NCBI GenBank assembly: GCA_965261975.1 | Contig: CBDHEC010000046.1 | Coordinates: 33,848 to 97,847, forward strand | Direction: 5' to 3' | DNA from: Alphaproteobacteria bacterium | Lineage (GTDB): Bacteria > Pseudomonadota > Alphaproteobacteria > UBA6615 | DNA length: 64,000 bases | Shown: positions 30,004-39,336 of the stretch, piece after piece | Layout of the letters: the number at the start of each line of letters is the position of its first letter | Numbering within the stretch: the first letter of the stretch is position 1 | Made by a program: the position numbers and the translations under genes | Notes under the pieces: model-generated | Seen by the model: the letters and a program-made list of their open reading frames with translations, nothing else | The model's database searches: none | What the model was told of the DNA's origin: nothing

Positions 30004-31037
30004 GTGCCGGCGTTCCATTCGCGAACGATCTCGGCGAGGCGTTCGACATGAGAAAACGGCGTGTCCTTATGGATCCCGTGCGCCAGGTTGAAGACGAACG
30101 GCCCCGCGCCCAGGCCGTCGAGAATTTCCCGCGCCGCTTGCTCCATCTCTTCGCCACCGACCATCAGATAGGCCGGGTCGAGATTTCCCTGTACCGGGCA
30201 GATCGGCTGGATTTTCTCTGCCGCCTCGGCTGCGGTCATGGACGCATCGAGCCCGACGGCATCAACACCCGTGCCACGGATATATCCCTCCAGACGATCA
30301 CCGACGCCACGAGCAAACCCGATGATCGGGACATTCGGCACCCGCGCGTTGACCCCCTCAACGATCCGCGCGGTCGGCGATATGACCCAGTCGTCGAAGT
30401 CCCCCGCGGGGACCGCGCCGGCCCAGGTGTCGAACAGCTGCAGCGCCTGGGCGCCCGCCTCGACCTGGGCCACGAGGTAATCCGTGGTCGAGGCGACCAG
30501 GATATCCAGCATGGCGGCGAAGTCTCCGCGTTCGCGAACCGCCCAGCTCTTGATCCCATTGAAGTCACGGCTGGAGCCGCCCTCGACCATGTAGGTGGCG
30601 ACCGTCCAGGGCGCGCCGGCGAACCCGATCAGGGCCACATCGTCGGGCAGTTCCGCGCGGACACGGGACACGGTTTCGAAAACCGGGGCTAGATGATCGA
30701 GTGTTTTTGCCGGGTCGAGCTTCGCCAGATCGGCGCCGCCGGTGACCGGTGTGAGGACGGGACCGGTCCCCTCGACAAAGCCGACCTCCTGACCGATCGC
30801 GTCGGGGATGACCAGGATATCGGAAAACAAAATCGCGGCATCGGGCCGGAACCGTTCGATCGGCTGCAGGGTGACCCGTGCTGCGCGTTCCGGGGTGTAG
30901 CAGAGATCCAGAAACCCATCGGCCTGGGCACGGATTTCCCGATATTCCGGCAGATATCGCCCGGCCTGGCGCATGAACCAGAATGGCGGGCGGGGCCCGG
31001 TTTGATCGGACAGGGCATCGAGGAACAGGTTGGACAC
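30000..31037 (-). CDS. hemE: Uroporphyrinogen decarboxylase
   Basis: WFMRQAGRYLPEY, AILFSDILV, GFAGAPWT, FNLAHGI. Confidence 0.97.
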   Translation of the reverse strand: MSNLFLDALSDQTGPRPPFWFMRQAGRYLPEYREIRAQADGFLDLCYTPERAARVTLQPIERFRPDAAILFSDILVIPDAIGQEVGFVEGTGPVLTPVTGGADLAKLDPAKTLDHLAPVFETVSRVRAELPDDVALIGFAGAPWTVATYMVEGGSSRDFNGIKSWAVRERGDFAAMLDILVASTTDYLVAQVEAGAQALQLFDTWAGAVPAGDFDDWVISPTARIVEGVNARVPNVPIIGFARGVGDRLEGYIRGTGVDAVGLDASMTAAEAAEKIQPICPVQGNLDPAYLMVGGEEMEQAAREILDGLGAGPFVFNLAHGIHKDTPFSHVERLAEIVREWNAGT

Positions 31038-31480
31038 GGCTTTGAAAACTGACGTTTGGGCTGAGCTGAATGCGGGCTGACTATGCCGATCCGGTTATCC
31101 TGGCGCATCCTAAAAATAAGTAATTGAACGTAGTGAAAAGTGAAATGTAGTTGTAGATGCGCGGTGAATCCGAGGGATAATTCGTTGTTCACAAATTCGT
31201 ACAGGGCGACACCCGGTTGTGCACGGACGGCGGGGCGTGTTGTTCGCAATTCTCCTAATGTGTTGTTCTGAAATATATTCGTGTCGGACGGGGATGTGGA
31301 TCACCTGCATCGCGGGTATGGATGAGTTTCATCGGGGTCGATTCCATACCCGCTGTTGGAAACTTTGTCCGCCGTGGGATGACAGCGGGTCGTTCGGACG
31401 GCATAAGGTTGAACAAATATTTTGAGCCGCGCGAAGTTGCGACTTATCCCCGTTGTCATTCCTTTCTCTCCCAGCCGAAA
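31038..31480. other. oriC: Probable chromosomal replication origin (oriC)
   Basis: Intergenic between hemE and a DUF299 gene, as for the Caulobacter origin; AT-rich tract 31111-31158; DnaA-box-like 9-mers TTGTTCACA 31185-31193, TGATCCACA (minus strand) 31295-31303, TTATCCCCG 31444-31452; parABS ~10 kb away; flanking operons point away from it. Confidence 0.85.
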
Positions 31481-31491
31481 TGGTGCCGCCG

Positions 31492-32343
31492 ATGGCTGAA
31501 ACTGAAGACGTCTTCCACTTGCATCTCGTGTCGGACTCGACCGGTGAGACCATTCGGTCCGTCTCGCGCGCCTGTCTGGCCCAGTTTGCCGACACCCCGT
31601 CGGTCGAACATTTCTGGCCCATGGCGCGCACCCCCAAGGCGATGGACCTGGTGCTCGAGGAGATCCATGAGAACCCCGGCCCGGTGATCTTCACCCTGGT
31701 GAATGACAGCCTGTGCGAACAGCTGATCCGCGGCTGCCGCCTGCGCAAGGTGCCGTGTATCTCCGTGCTCGACCCGGTGATCGCCGCGGTCGGCAATTAT
31801 CTGGGCCAGCAGCCGACCCATAACATCGGCGGGCAGCATGAGCTCGACGAGGCCTATTTCGGCCGGATCGAGGCGATGGACTGGTCGCTGAGCCATGACG
31901 ACGGCCAGCGAACCGAGGAGCTGAACGGGTCCGATATCGTCCTGGTGGGCGTGTCGCGCACCTCGAAGACGCCGACCTGCCTGTATCTCGCCAACCGGGG
32001 GATCAAGGCCGCGAACGTGCCCTATGTGCCGGGTGTGCCGCTGCCGGCAATCCTCGAGGAACTGACCCACCCGCTGGTGATCGGGCTGACGAACGATCCC
32101 AAGCGGCTGGTCGAGCTGCGCCGGGCGCGCCTGACGTCCCTGCACGAGAATGAAGAGACCGATTATGTGGACCCCGAAGTGGTTCGCGATGAAATCACCC
32201 AGGCGCGGCGCTACTTCGCCCGCAACAACTGGCCGGTCATCGATGTGACCCGGCGCTCGATCGAGGAAACCTCCGCCGCGATCATGAAAGTCTATGACCG
32301 CCGCCTGGAAGAGGCCGAAAAGGACAATGATGGTGGCGCGTGA
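31492..32343 (+). CDS. PEP synthase/PPDK regulatory kinase-pyrophosphorylase (DUF299)
   Basis: HLVSDSTGET, GVSRTSKTPT, IDVTRRSIEETSA. Confidence 0.95.
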   Translation: MAETEDVFHLHLVSDSTGETIRSVSRACLAQFADTPSVEHFWPMARTPKAMDLVLEEIHENPGPVIFTLVNDSLCEQLIRGCRLRKVPCISVLDPVIAAVGNYLGQQPTHNIGGQHELDEAYFGRIEAMDWSLSHDDGQRTEELNGSDIVLVGVSRTSKTPTCLYLANRGIKAANVPYVPGVPLPAILEELTHPLVIGLTNDPKRLVELRRARLTSLHENEETDYVDPEVVRDEITQARRYFARNNWPVIDVTRRSIEETSAAIMKVYDRRLEEAEKDNDGGA

Positions 32344-32965
32344 CGCGCAGGCGGGGATACCCGGTCCGCCGGCGGTCGTTCTGGCGTCGGCAAGCGCGGT
32401 GCGGACCCGGTTGTTGACCGCGGCGGGCGTGCCCCACGACATTGTCCCGGCCAATATCGATGAGGCGGAGGTGCGCGACCGTCTGCTGGCCGAAGATGCG
32501 ACCCACGCGTCGATCGCGGAAGTGCTCGCCGAGCTGAAGGCCCAGCATGTGGCCACGGACATGGCGGCCGACAGGATCGTGCTCGGCGCCGATCAGGTCC
32601 TGTCGTGCGAGGGTGAATTGTTCGAGAAACCGGTCGGGCTCGAGGGCGTACGCGGACACCTGAAACGCTTGATGGGCAAGGAACACACGTTGCATGCGGC
32701 CGTCTGCGCGGTGCGCGGCGGGGACGTTGTCTGGCACCATAACTCAAGCGCCAGACTGCGTATGCGTACGCTTGGTGAGGACTTTATCGAGCATTATGTG
32801 GAGACCGCCGGGGCGTCTGCCTGCCAGTCGGTCGGCGCCTATGAGATGGAGGGCATGGGCCCCCATTTGTTTTCCGAGATCGACGGGGATTTCTACGATA
32901 TTCTGGGCCTGCCGCTGTTGCCGGTGCTGGAATTCCTGCGGAACGAAGATGTGGTGATGTCATGA
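32327..32965 (+). CDS. maf: Maf family nucleoside triphosphate pyrophosphatase
   Basis: VLASAS, VLGADQVL, SVGAYEMEG, ILGLPL. Confidence 0.92.
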   Translation: MMVARDAQAGIPGPPAVVLASASAVRTRLLTAAGVPHDIVPANIDEAEVRDRLLAEDATHASIAEVLAELKAQHVATDMAADRIVLGADQVLSCEGELFEKPVGLEGVRGHLKRLMGKEHTLHAAVCAVRGGDVVWHHNSSARLRMRTLGEDFIEHYVETAGASACQSVGAYEMEGMGPHLFSEIDGDFYDILGLPLLPVLEFLRNEDVVMS

Positions 32966-33831
32966 CGGGCCGATTGAAAGCTGGCGTCATGGGCTGGCCG
33001 GTTGCCCATTCCCTGTCGCCGGTCCTGCACGGGCACTGGCTCGCGCGCTATGGGGTAGACGGCAGCTACGAGGCGATGCCGGTCGAGCCGGGGGATTTGC
33101 CCGCCGCCCTGGGGGGGTTGGCCGAAAATGGCTTCCGGGGCGTCAATCTGACCGTGCCCCACAAGGAAGCGGCGCTAGCGCTGGTGGACAATGTCGATGA
33201 AAGCGCCCAGCGGATCGGCGCGGTCAACACGATCGCCGTCGGCGATGACGGTGCGCTTACCGGCAGCAACACCGATGCCTACGGGCTCATCGAGAATATC
33301 CGTGCCGGCGCGCCCGCCGCGCTGGAAGCGCAGTTCGGGGATCGCGCGGCTGTCATTCTCGGGGCAGGCGGTGCCGCCCGCGCGGCGATGGTCGGGCTGG
33401 CGGACGCCGGTGTCGCCGAAATCCGTATCGTCAACCGCACGGTCGCGCGCGCCGAGGCGCTGGCGGCGCTGGCGAGCATCGCCGGTCTGCGGGTCACCGC
33501 CCATGGCTGGGACGGGGCGCCGGGTACGCTCGCCGGTGCGGGCGTGCTGATCAATACGAGCACGCTGGGCATGACCGGCCAGCCGCCGCTCGAGCTCGAC
33601 CTGGCGAACCTGCCGGACGACGCGGTGGTCAACGACATCGTGTATGCGCCGCTGGAGACTGGCCTGCTCGCCGCCGCTCGGGCGCGCGGCAACCCGGTCG
33701 TCGACGGGCTGGGGATGCTGCTCCATCAGGCGCGTGCCGGATTTCATGCCTGGTTCGGGGTCGATCCCGTGGTCGATGATGAGCTGCGGGCCGCGGTGCT
33801 CGACGCGCGCGATCGGCAGGCCGATACATGA
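32962..33831 (+). CDS. aroE: Shikimate dehydrogenase
   Basis: HSLSPVLH, NLTVPHKE, GAVNT, NTD, GAGGAARA. Confidence 0.96.
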   Translation: MTGRLKAGVMGWPVAHSLSPVLHGHWLARYGVDGSYEAMPVEPGDLPAALGGLAENGFRGVNLTVPHKEAALALVDNVDESAQRIGAVNTIAVGDDGALTGSNTDAYGLIENIRAGAPAALEAQFGDRAAVILGAGGAARAAMVGLADAGVAEIRIVNRTVARAEALAALASIAGLRVTAHGWDGAPGTLAGAGVLINTSTLGMTGQPPLELDLANLPDDAVVNDIVYAPLETGLLAAARARGNPVVDGLGMLLHQARAGFHAWFGVDPVVDDELRAAVLDARDRQADT

Positions 33832-34445
33832 TCGTGCTCGGCCTCACCGGCTCGATCGGCATGGGCAAGTCCACCGCGGCAAACATGCTGCGGGCGATGG
33901 GGGTGCCGGTGCATGATTCCGATGCGACCGTGCATGCGCTGTTCGCCCGCGACCGGTCCCTGCGCGACGCGATCGGCACACGGTTTCCCTATGCGGTAAG
34001 CGATGCCGGGGTGGACCGACAGGCGCTGGGCGCCGCCGTGTTCGGCAGCCCGGAGGCGCGGCGCGATCTCGAGGCGATCGTCCACCCCCGGGTGCGCGAG
34101 GCCGCGGAGGCCTTTTTGCGGTTCCACCGCCGCCAGCGCACGCCGCTGGTCGTGCTCGATATTCCGCTTCTGTATGAAACCGGCGGCGAAGACCGGGTCG
34201 ACGGGGTGATCGTGGTCTCCGCGCCGGCCGCACTGCAGCGCCGGCGCGTGATGGCGCGGCCCGGGATGGACGAGGAGCGCTTCGCCGGGATTCTCGCGTC
34301 CCAGATGCCGGACCGGGAGAAACGTCAACGCGCCGACTTTGTCGTGGAGACGGGCCTGGGCAAGGCCTATACTTTCCGCCGATTGAAGCGGATCGTCATG
34401 TCGACCCGCACCGCCGTGCAGTCTGGCCCGCCCGGCACGAACTAG
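33828..34445 (+). CDS. coaE: Dephospho-CoA kinase
   Basis: [28 protein letters not shown]. Confidence 0.96.
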   Translation: MIVLGLTGSIGMGKSTAANMLRAMGVPVHDSDATVHALFARDRSLRDAIGTRFPYAVSDAGVDRQALGAAVFGSPEARRDLEAIVHPRVREAAEAFLRFHRRQRTPLVVLDIPLLYETGGEDRVDGVIVVSAPAALQRRRVMARPGMDEERFAGILASQMPDREKRQRADFVVETGLGKAYTFRRLKRIVMSTRTAVQSGPPGTN

Positions 34446-34468
34446 ACCAGGACAGGACGGGCCCAGGC

Positions 34469-35152
34469 GTGCGCGAAATCATTCTCGATACTGAAACCAC
34501 GGGGCTCGACCCGGCCAACGGCGATCGCATCGTCGAGATCGGCTGCGTTGAGGCGCAGCATCACATACCCACCGGCGAGACCTACCATGTCTACGTCAAT
34601 CCCGAGCGTGACATGCCGACCGAGGCCTTCAATGTACACGGCCTGAGCGAGGAATTTCTGGCCGACAAGCCGATCTTCGCCGAAGTCGTCGGCGACTTCA
34701 TGGAGTTTATCGGCGACGCCCAGCTGGTCATTCACAATGCCAGCTTCGACATGAAGTTCCTCAACGCCGAGCTCAAGCGGCTGGGGTTTCCCATTCTCCC
34801 GATGGAACGGTCGACCGACACGGTGGCGCTGGCACGGCGAACGTTTCCAGGCGCCCAGGCCAGCCTCGATGCGCTGTGCCGGCGTTTCGAGATCGATCTG
34901 TCCCGGCGCGAGAAGCATGGCGCGCTGCTCGATGCGGAGTTGCTGGCGGAGGTCTATCTGCAGTTGCGCGGCGGCCGCCAGCCCGACCTGGCGCTGGCGG
35001 GCAATGAGAAGAAAACCGACGACGGCCCGGCGATCGTGCAACGCCAGGCGCGACCCGCCCGGCCCCACGCGCCGTCAGCGGAAGAGCTGGCCGCCCATGC
35101 GACGCTGGTCGAAAGCCTGAATGCGCCGATCTGGTCGGCCGGGGATGACTAG
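34469..35152 (+). CDS. dnaQ: DNA polymerase III epsilon subunit
   Basis: [26 protein letters not shown]. Confidence 0.96.
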   Translation: MREIILDTETTGLDPANGDRIVEIGCVEAQHHIPTGETYHVYVNPERDMPTEAFNVHGLSEEFLADKPIFAEVVGDFMEFIGDAQLVIHNASFDMKFLNAELKRLGFPILPMERSTDTVALARRTFPGAQASLDALCRRFEIDLSRREKHGALLDAELLAEVYLQLRGGRQPDLALAGNEKKTDDGPAIVQRQARPARPHAPSAEELAAHATLVESLNAPIWSAGDD

Positions 35153-35173
35153 GAAGCCGCCGGCGGCCGACGC

Positions 35174-35743
35174 CTAGAGCTCGAACTCGAACTTCTGCTT
35201 GTCTTCACCGTTGCCGGCATCGCCGCCGCCATTCGCGTCGGCGGCGGGCGCACCGCCCTCACCGGCTTCGGCCTGCACTTGTGCGACGCGCTGCTGGTAC
35301 ATCGACATGAAGTCGACCGGCTGCACGAGGAGCGGCGGGAAACCGCCGTCGCGCACGGCATCGGCGACGATGGCGCGGGCAAACGGGAAGAGCTGGCGCG
35401 GCGCTTCGATGTAAAGCATCGGCGGGATGTATTCATCCGGCACCTCGCCCAGGGTGAAGATGCCCGCATAGATGATTTCGACGATGAACAGCGCGTCCTC
35501 GCCCGACGTGCCCTCGGCACGCAGGGTCAGGGAGACCTCGAACGACTTGTCCGCGATCTGGTCGGCATTGACGTCGATCGCGATCTGCACGTTCGGTTCG
35601 CCGGTCTGCTGGCCCAGGGACTGGGGCGCATTCGGGTTCTCAAACGAGAGGTCCTTCACATACTGCGCGTTGACCATCATCATCGGCGCGCCGGTCGCGT
35701 CGGTACCGTCCGGGTTCGGCTGTGCTGCGTTTTCGTCACTCAT
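35174..35743 (-). CDS. secB: Protein export chaperone SecB
   Basis: QYVKDLSFENPNAP, LFPFARAIV, GGFPPL. Confidence 0.96.
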   Translation of the reverse strand: MSDENAAQPNPDGTDATGAPMMMVNAQYVKDLSFENPNAPQSLGQQTGEPNVQIAIDVNADQIADKSFEVSLTLRAEGTSGEDALFIVEIIYAGIFTLGEVPDEYIPPMLYIEAPRQLFPFARAIVADAVRDGGFPPLLVQPVDFMSMYQQRVAQVQAEAGEGGAPAADANGGGDAGNGEDKQKFEFEL

Positions 35744-35838
35744 GGCATTTCCGTATCTTTTTCATGGTCGCGCGGATGCGCTTGAGAAGTCGGCGCACTG
35801 GCTAACACGTACATGCGCCGCACGACAACCGCGCGCGC

Positions 35839-36369
35839 CTAGTCACGGCCCAGCCGCGGCGGCGGATCGGAGGGCTCCTGGTCGTCTTCGTCACGGCGCA
35901 CACCGAATTCCTCGCCATCCAGCACCGGCCCGCCCGGCCCCGGCCCCCGACGCTGTCCCGGCCGGCGAGAGGCGTCGCCCGGGTTGCCATACACGGAAAA
36001 ATGAACGTTGCGCGACCGCGCCAGTGCGGCCCAGACCCCGCGACCAAGGATCGCGCGCAGGGGCGGAATCAGGAGCGCGAAGCCCAGCGCGTCGGTCAAG
36101 AACCCCGGCGTCAGCAGCAGCAGTCCGCCGATCAGGAGGCACACGCCGTCGAACAGTTCGCGAACCGGCAACTGCTGTTGGTCGAGCTCCGTCTGGGCGC
36201 GGGCCAGGGTCGCCATCCCTTGCTGACGCAGGAGTGCGGTGCCGATGAATGCCGTGAGGACGACCAGCCCGATCGTCGACCAGACGCCGATCGCGCCGCC
36301 GACCTGGATAAACAGATAAATCTCGATCAGCGGAATACCTATGAACAGGGCGAGAATCAGGATGGGCAT
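35839..36369 (-). CDS. fxsA: FxsA family membrane protein
   Basis: PLIEIYLFIQVG, LLLTPGFLTD. Confidence 0.93.
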   Translation of the reverse strand: MPILILALFIGIPLIEIYLFIQVGGAIGVWSTIGLVVLTAFIGTALLRQQGMATLARAQTELDQQQLPVRELFDGVCLLIGGLLLLTPGFLTDALGFALLIPPLRAILGRGVWAALARSRNVHFSVYGNPGDASRRPGQRRGPGPGGPVLDGEEFGVRRDEDDQEPSDPPPRLGRD

Positions 36370-36370
36370 T

Positions 36371-36399
36371 CTTGTTCTTTCGTTATGTTGCCCCTATCT
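36371..36399 (+). promoter_or_regulatory. Putative sigma-32/sigma-70-type promoter towards Tim44-mltA
   Basis: CTTGTT-N16-CCTATCT, close to the rhizobial RpoH consensus CTTGAA-N16-CCTATAT. Confidence 0.4.
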
Positions 36400-36584
36400 A
36401 GAGGATACCAGACAGCGCACCGCCGGGCGACCGGCCTTGCAACCGCCGCTGGTATCGTGCGGCGCAAGAACGTAATGTTGGTACGGTTGAGACGGCGAGC
36501 AACCCGCTTCTGATCGCATTCGTAAGTTTTTGCGATCTCCCAGGGGCGGCGTATCAATTAAACCGACGGCAGAACGGACGGCGC

Positions 36585-37274
36585 GTGGCATTCTTAGACA
36601 TAATTCTTCTGGCGATGGTGGCGGCCTTTCTGGTGTTCCGCCTGCGCAGCGTATTGGGCAAACGAACGGGCCATGAGCGCCCGCCCCACGATCCCTATGC
36701 CCGGCGCGATGACGCCCCCGGCCGGCCCGACGCGGCCGAGGCCAATGATGACGATACCGTTGTCAGCCTGCCTGACCGCAGCTCGTCACCCGAGCCGCAA
36801 TCCGACATTCCCGACGGCACGCCGGCCACAGATGGCCTGAAGTCAATCCAGGCCGCAGATTCCAATTTCTCCGTCAACGAGTTCATCGAGGGCGTCCGCA
36901 TGGCCTTCGAGATGATCGTCACCTCCTTCGCCAGCGGTGAGCGCGACACCTTGCGTCCGCTGCTCAGTGACGAGGTCTATGAGAACTTCGCCGGCGCCAT
37001 CGTCGAACGCGCGGGCCGGAGCGAGACGATGGAAATGACCCTCGTCGGTATCCGCGAGGCCGAGGTGCTTGAGGCGACGATGGACGGACGCGTGGCCTTC
37101 GTGACCACGAAGATCGTTTCCGAACAGATCGAGGTCGTCCGCGACGCGGCGGGCGAGCCGGTGTCGGGAGACCCGACCAAGGTCACCACGGTGACCGACA
37201 TCTGGACATTCGCCCGCAACACGCGCTCGCGCAATCCGAACTGGACCCTCGTCGCGACCGAAGCGCCGAACTGA
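36585..37274 (+). CDS. Tim44/TimA family protein
   Basis: FRLRSVLGKRTGHE, DIWTFARN...PNWTLVAT. Confidence 0.92.
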   Translation: MAFLDIILLAMVAAFLVFRLRSVLGKRTGHERPPHDPYARRDDAPGRPDAAEANDDDTVVSLPDRSSSPEPQSDIPDGTPATDGLKSIQAADSNFSVNEFIEGVRMAFEMIVTSFASGERDTLRPLLSDEVYENFAGAIVERAGRSETMEMTLVGIREAEVLEATMDGRVAFVTTKIVSEQIEVVRDAAGEPVSGDPTKVTTVTDIWTFARNTRSRNPNWTLVATEAPN

Positions 37275-37285
37275 GCCAGACGCCG

Positions 37286-38476
37286 GTGATGGCCGCGCGA
37301 TATGTCCCCAATTCGAAAATCACGCGTTGTCTGCTGCTCGTCGGCATGATCGCGCTCGCGGCCTGCGAGATGGAAAAGAAGCCCGCGCCCGAGGCGGCCA
37401 CCAGCTATACCCCGGTCGCCTTTGACGAGCTTCCCGGCTGGGGTGCGGATGCGCTGGCCGAGGCGTTGCCCGCCTGGCGGCGATCTTGCGCGCGCATGGA
37501 AGGTCGGCCCGACGACAAGGAGGTCGGCCCGGCCGCGGGCACGATTGCGGACTGGCGGCCTGTCTGTCGCGGGATTGCCGGTCTGCCCGCGGATGATTCC
37601 GGCGCCCTGCGCAGTTACATCGAGGCGAATTTGGTGCCGCTTCGGGTGCGGGGCAAGGCCGACGACCCGGGCCTGTTTACCGGCTACTTCGAGCCGATCA
37701 TCGAGGCGTCACGAGAGCGCACGCCGATCTTCCATGAGCCGATCTACGCGCTGCCGCGCGACCATGTGTCGGTCCGGCTGGAAGATTTCGATCCCGCGCT
37801 AAAGGGACATCGTGTCGTTGGCCGGGTCGAGAATGGTCGGCTGGTGCCCTATCGCCAGCGCGGCGAGATCGAGGCCGGGGCGATCAGGGATAGTGCCGAT
37901 GTCCTGTTCTGGGCACGTGACACCCTCGATGTTTTCATCCTCCAGGTGCAGGGCTCCGGAATCGCGGCGCTGCCCGACGGGTCGCGTACCCGGATCGGCT
38001 TTGCCGGGCATAACGGCCATAACTACGGCTCGGTCGGGCGCTGGCTGATCGAGAAGGGCGAGCTTTCCGCCGGACGCGCGGGCTGGGAAGACATCCGGGC
38101 CTGGCTCGAGGCCAACCCCGACATCATGCGCGACACGCTGGCGGTGAACCGGCGCTTCATTTTCTTCCGCGAGATCGGCGGCGACGGGCCGACGGGTGCG
38201 GCCGGGGTCACGCTCACGGCCGAGCGATCCATGGCGGTCGACCCGAAGCACATTCCGCTGAACGTGCCGGTCTGGCTCGACGCGGAGCATCCCGATGGCG
38301 ACCAACGCCTGCAGCGGCTGATGCTGGCCCAGGATACCGGCAACGCGATCCGCGGCGCAGTACGCGGCGACTTCTACTGGGGAACCGGCCGTGCGGCGCT
38401 GGACAAGGCGGGGCGCATGAAGAGCCGTGGTGCCTATTTCATCTTCGTCCCGCGCGGACTCGTGCCGGCGAGTTAA
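37286..38476 (+). CDS. mltA: Membrane-bound lytic murein transglycosylase A
   Basis: Lipobox LAAC, FTGYFEP, LQVQGSG, AQDTGNAIRGAVRGDFYWG. Confidence 0.93.
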   Translation: MMAARYVPNSKITRCLLLVGMIALAACEMEKKPAPEAATSYTPVAFDELPGWGADALAEALPAWRRSCARMEGRPDDKEVGPAAGTIADWRPVCRGIAGLPADDSGALRSYIEANLVPLRVRGKADDPGLFTGYFEPIIEASRERTPIFHEPIYALPRDHVSVRLEDFDPALKGHRVVGRVENGRLVPYRQRGEIEAGAIRDSADVLFWARDTLDVFILQVQGSGIAALPDGSRTRIGFAGHNGHNYGSVGRWLIEKGELSAGRAGWEDIRAWLEANPDIMRDTLAVNRRFIFFREIGGDGPTGAAGVTLTAERSMAVDPKHIPLNVPVWLDAEHPDGDQRLQRLMLAQDTGNAIRGAVRGDFYWGTGRAALDKAGRMKSRGAYFIFVPRGLVPAS

Positions 38477-38557
38477 GGCCGGGCCGCGCGTCGTTCCGTG
38501 CCTGCTTTGATGGTGCCCGGAATGTGCTAAACAGAATGAAAATCTGAGGAGAGTGCG

Positions 38558-39331
38558 ATGAGCGACGGCCCGCGTGTGGCGCTGTTCGTAACCTGCCTGG
38601 TGGATTTGTTCCGGCCGAGTGTTGGTTTTGCGGCGGTGAAGTTGATGCAGGATGCCGGTTGCACCGTCGAGGTGCCCGAGGCGCAGACCTGTTGTGGACA
38701 GCCCGCCTATAATTCGGGCGACAGGGCCGACACGATCGCGATCGCCCGCCAGGTCATCGCCACCTTCGAGGAATTCGACTATGTGGTCGCGCCGTCGGGG
38801 TCGTGTGCGGGCATGATCTCCAAACATTATGCCGAGCTGCTGGCCGACGACCCGGACTGGGCGGATCGCGCCACCGCGTTGGGTGCGCGCACCCACGAGC
38901 TGGTTTCCTTTCTGACCGACGTGCTCGAGATCAAGGGCGTCGATGCCGCGTTCGAGGGCACGGTCACCTATCACGACAGCTGCTCCGGGCTTCGCGAGCT
39001 GGGCATTCACGTCCAGCCGCGCGCGCTGCTGGACGGGGTCGAGGGCCTGCACCTGCGCGAACTCGAAGACGCCAATGTGTGCTGCGGATTCGGCGGCACT
39101 TTTTGTGTGAAGTATCCGGACATCTCCAACAACATGGTCTCCAACAAGATGGAGAAGATCGTCGCCACCGGGGCCGAAACCCTGCTGGCGGGCGATATGG
39201 GCTGCCTGATGAACATGGCGGGCAAGCTGCAGCGCGATGGTGCCAATGTGCGGGTGCGTCACGTGGCGGAAGTGCTTGCCGGGATGGCGGACGAACCGGC
39301 CATCGGCGAACCGCAAGACGGAAAGGGGTGA
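38558..39331 (+). CDS. lutA: Lactate utilisation Fe-S protein A (CCG domains)
   Basis: FVTCLVD, QTCCGQPAYNSG, YHDSC, CCGFGGTF. Confidence 0.9.
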   Translation: MSDGPRVALFVTCLVDLFRPSVGFAAVKLMQDAGCTVEVPEAQTCCGQPAYNSGDRADTIAIARQVIATFEEFDYVVAPSGSCAGMISKHYAELLADDPDWADRATALGARTHELVSFLTDVLEIKGVDAAFEGTVTYHDSCSGLRELGIHVQPRALLDGVEGLHLRELEDANVCCGFGGTFCVKYPDISNNMVSNKMEKIVATGAETLLAGDMGCLMNMAGKLQRDGANVRVRHVAEVLAGMADEPAIGEPQDGKG

Positions 39332-39336
39332 GCGCC

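Noticed and set aside
22171-31127. 11-bp TAAGTAATTGA shared by the mnmE islet (22171-22181) and the oriC AT-rich tract (31117-31127)
   Set aside because: A single 11-mer match between AT-rich patches is plausible by chance; noted but not claimed
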